This document shows positions 61,760 through 64,000 of a stretch of DNA of 64,000 nt, one piece after another. Every line of letters starts with the position of its first letter. Positions within the stretch are counted from its first letter, which is position 1. Location of the stretch: positions 7,812,001 to 7,876,000 of the forward strand of contig OX597833.1 in NCBI GenBank assembly GCA_951406725.2, read 5' to 3'. The translations under genes and the position numbers were made by a program. Source of the stretch: Octopus vulgaris. Lineage: Eukaryota. Under the pieces are notes generated by a model. The model made no database searches. It saw nothing but the letters and a program-made list of their open reading frames with translations, and was not told the origin of the DNA.

Positions 61760-62240
61760 GAAGAAAGAAAAAGGAACAACAGAGGAGGAAGAAGGTTTAA
61801 TAAACATTGTATTAGCTTAACTCATAAAAAGGAACGAAAAGTGTGTTAGCGTTTCGGACGTTAGTCTTTCATCGAAAGAAAGAGAAAAATGTAAGGGAAG
61901 TGGTATAAATGAGGGGTTAGGAACAACGTGAGAACGCGCTTCTACGGGGGAGTTACGGAGGGAGGAGAGTTGGAGGTGTATGTGACAGTACAGGAATGTC
62001 TCCGAGTTTAGAGTTGGGCATAAGGTGGGTCGTGGGGTAGCAGAGGGTTGGGTGAAAGGGCTAAATCATAGTGGCGTAGGTTACTGGGGATGTAAAGTGG
62101 TTTTTTTTTGTGTGTAAGTAATCGTTAGGTGCGTCTGAGGACCGTGGATTTGAAGAGGTGAAAGTGGGCAAAAATAGTGGTGGAAGGAAATGTGAGCAGA
62201 ATGTGGAGATTGCGCAAAAGTATGGGTGTGAGACACTGTT
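61760..62240 (-). mobile_element. Possible Penelope-like 3' remnant with hammerhead-like motif
   Basis: Minus strand tcgatga-aagac-taac-gtcc-gaaacgcta at about 61846-61875, preceded by a C-rich degenerate segment. Confidence 0.35.
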
Positions 62241-62727
62241 ACACAGAAGGAATATACACACGTATACGCGTGTGTGTGTATGTGTGTGAGTGTGTGTGTG
62301 TGTGTATGTATGTGATTAAATATATATATATAAGGGCGTGTGTGTGTGTATGTCTATTAGAGCTTGAGTTTATATAACACAAGTGGGTATATGTGTGTGA
62401 GGAAATGTGTGCGTGTGAATGTGTATGTGTGTGCGTGTGTGTATAAGCGTTTGAGTTTATATACTGCAAATGAGTATATGTGTGCGTATGTGTATGTGCG
62501 TGTGTGTGTGTGTGTGAATTTATGTGTGTATCTATCAATTTACACATCAAATTATTAATTTACACATCAAATATTCACTTACGCAAGGTCAGCTAAGGAC
62601 AATCATGAGGATGACCTTGTTTCCAGTGCATTTTTGGCGGTCATTGTATTTGTTTGTAACAGTCGTTTTCTTTCTCACGTCACCTCTCGGTTCCTACACA
62701 CATACAAACATATACAACCTACATCAT

Positions 62728-62761
<34 letters not shown>

Positions 62762-62837
62762 ACACACACACACACACGCACATACGTTGATACATAAATT
62801 CAATATTAATAATTACAAAAGTAATAATTTATTTTAT

Positions 62838-62839
<2 letters not shown>

Positions 62840-62883
<44 letters not shown>

Positions 62884-62915
62884 TAATAATGATGATGATG
62901 ATAATAATAATAATA

Positions 62916-62976
<61 letters not shown>

Positions 62977-63000
62977 TAATAATAATAATAATAATAATAA
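62840..63000. repeat. (TAA)n array
   Basis: Direct reading. Confidence 0.95.
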
Positions 63001-63159
63001 CAATGAATATAAGATATCATTGTCACGCCATTATCATCGTAAAAATAATTATTGTTATTAGCAAGCAGAATATCATTAAGAATTAAAGTAAAATTTAATT
63101 TTAAAATATATATTTCTACTTTGAACTGATGTGTGTATGAGCCTGTCTGCGTATGTATA

Positions 63160-63209
<50 letters not shown>

Positions 63210-63274
63210 GAGTGTGTGTGTGTAGATATGTATGTATCTATGTATGTATGTATATGTATATGTCTGTGTATATG

Positions 63275-63328
<54 letters not shown>

Positions 63329-64000
63329 TATACATATATAACCATTTATCTGTCAATATTTCTACCTCAATTCCCCTCCCTTTATTCTGTCAATCAAGCT
63401 GTCTATCTACCTATTTATCGATATATATATATACACATATATATGTGTATATTATATATATATATATACACACATATATATGTGTATACTATATATATAT
63501 ACCGTTTATATGTGTGTGTTGGTGTGTATGTATGTATATATATATATATGTTGGTGTATATATGCGTATATATATATATGTATGTGTGTGTATATATGCA
63601 TCTGTGCATTCATACATGTACACTTTCACACACGTGTGTGCGTGCAAATAATTTGCCTGCAGTTCCACACGCGCCAGTCCAATATCAGTTCCATTATGAC
63701 AGCTGTGCCCTGTATTCTTTGATTGGTTTCAGTCGTCGGAGGAGGACCGCCAGTCTGCAACACATTCTTCTTTATTCTCTTTTCCACTGTCGTCCCTCTC
63801 CTCGCCCCAAACCACCGCCCACTCTTACATACACAACCTTTGCATACACAAGCTTATATTATGTACATGAGAACTTGCCCAGGTATACGTCTCTCTTCTC
63901 CATCCATTTCAATCCTTCTTCCCTTCACACACCTTTTAACGACCATTTCTACCGCTTTGAGACGCTGCATTTTTCATACATTTGAATCACACACTTTCTT

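Overview
Repeat-saturated, AT-rich eukaryotic DNA. The SINE, Helitron, Penelope and microsatellite make-up points to an octopus (coleoid cephalopod) genome; this is an inference from repeat content. One host gene is supported: a six-exon, minus-strand N4BP1/KHNYN-family RNase (CDS 20286 to 3374, 2325 nt, 774 aa). It has KH-like, UBA-like, NYN/PIN and CoCUN/CUBAN-like parts, GT-AG introns with consistent phases, and all four catalytic Asp. The roughly 43 kb upstream has no supportable host gene. It is built from tRNA-derived SINEs, non-autonomous Helitrons, mariner fossils, RTE LINE fragments, R4/Dong-like retroposon 3' ends sitting in (TAA)n arrays, and long microsatellites; a piggyBac fossil lies in intron 1 of the gene. 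The most notable non-annotated signal is a set of (TA)n-flanked foldback (hairpin) elements carrying minimal type I hammerhead-ribozyme motifs of the Penelope type. One of these (35500-35592) is nearly canonical. Most ORFs in the supplied track are microsatellite or SINE artefacts.
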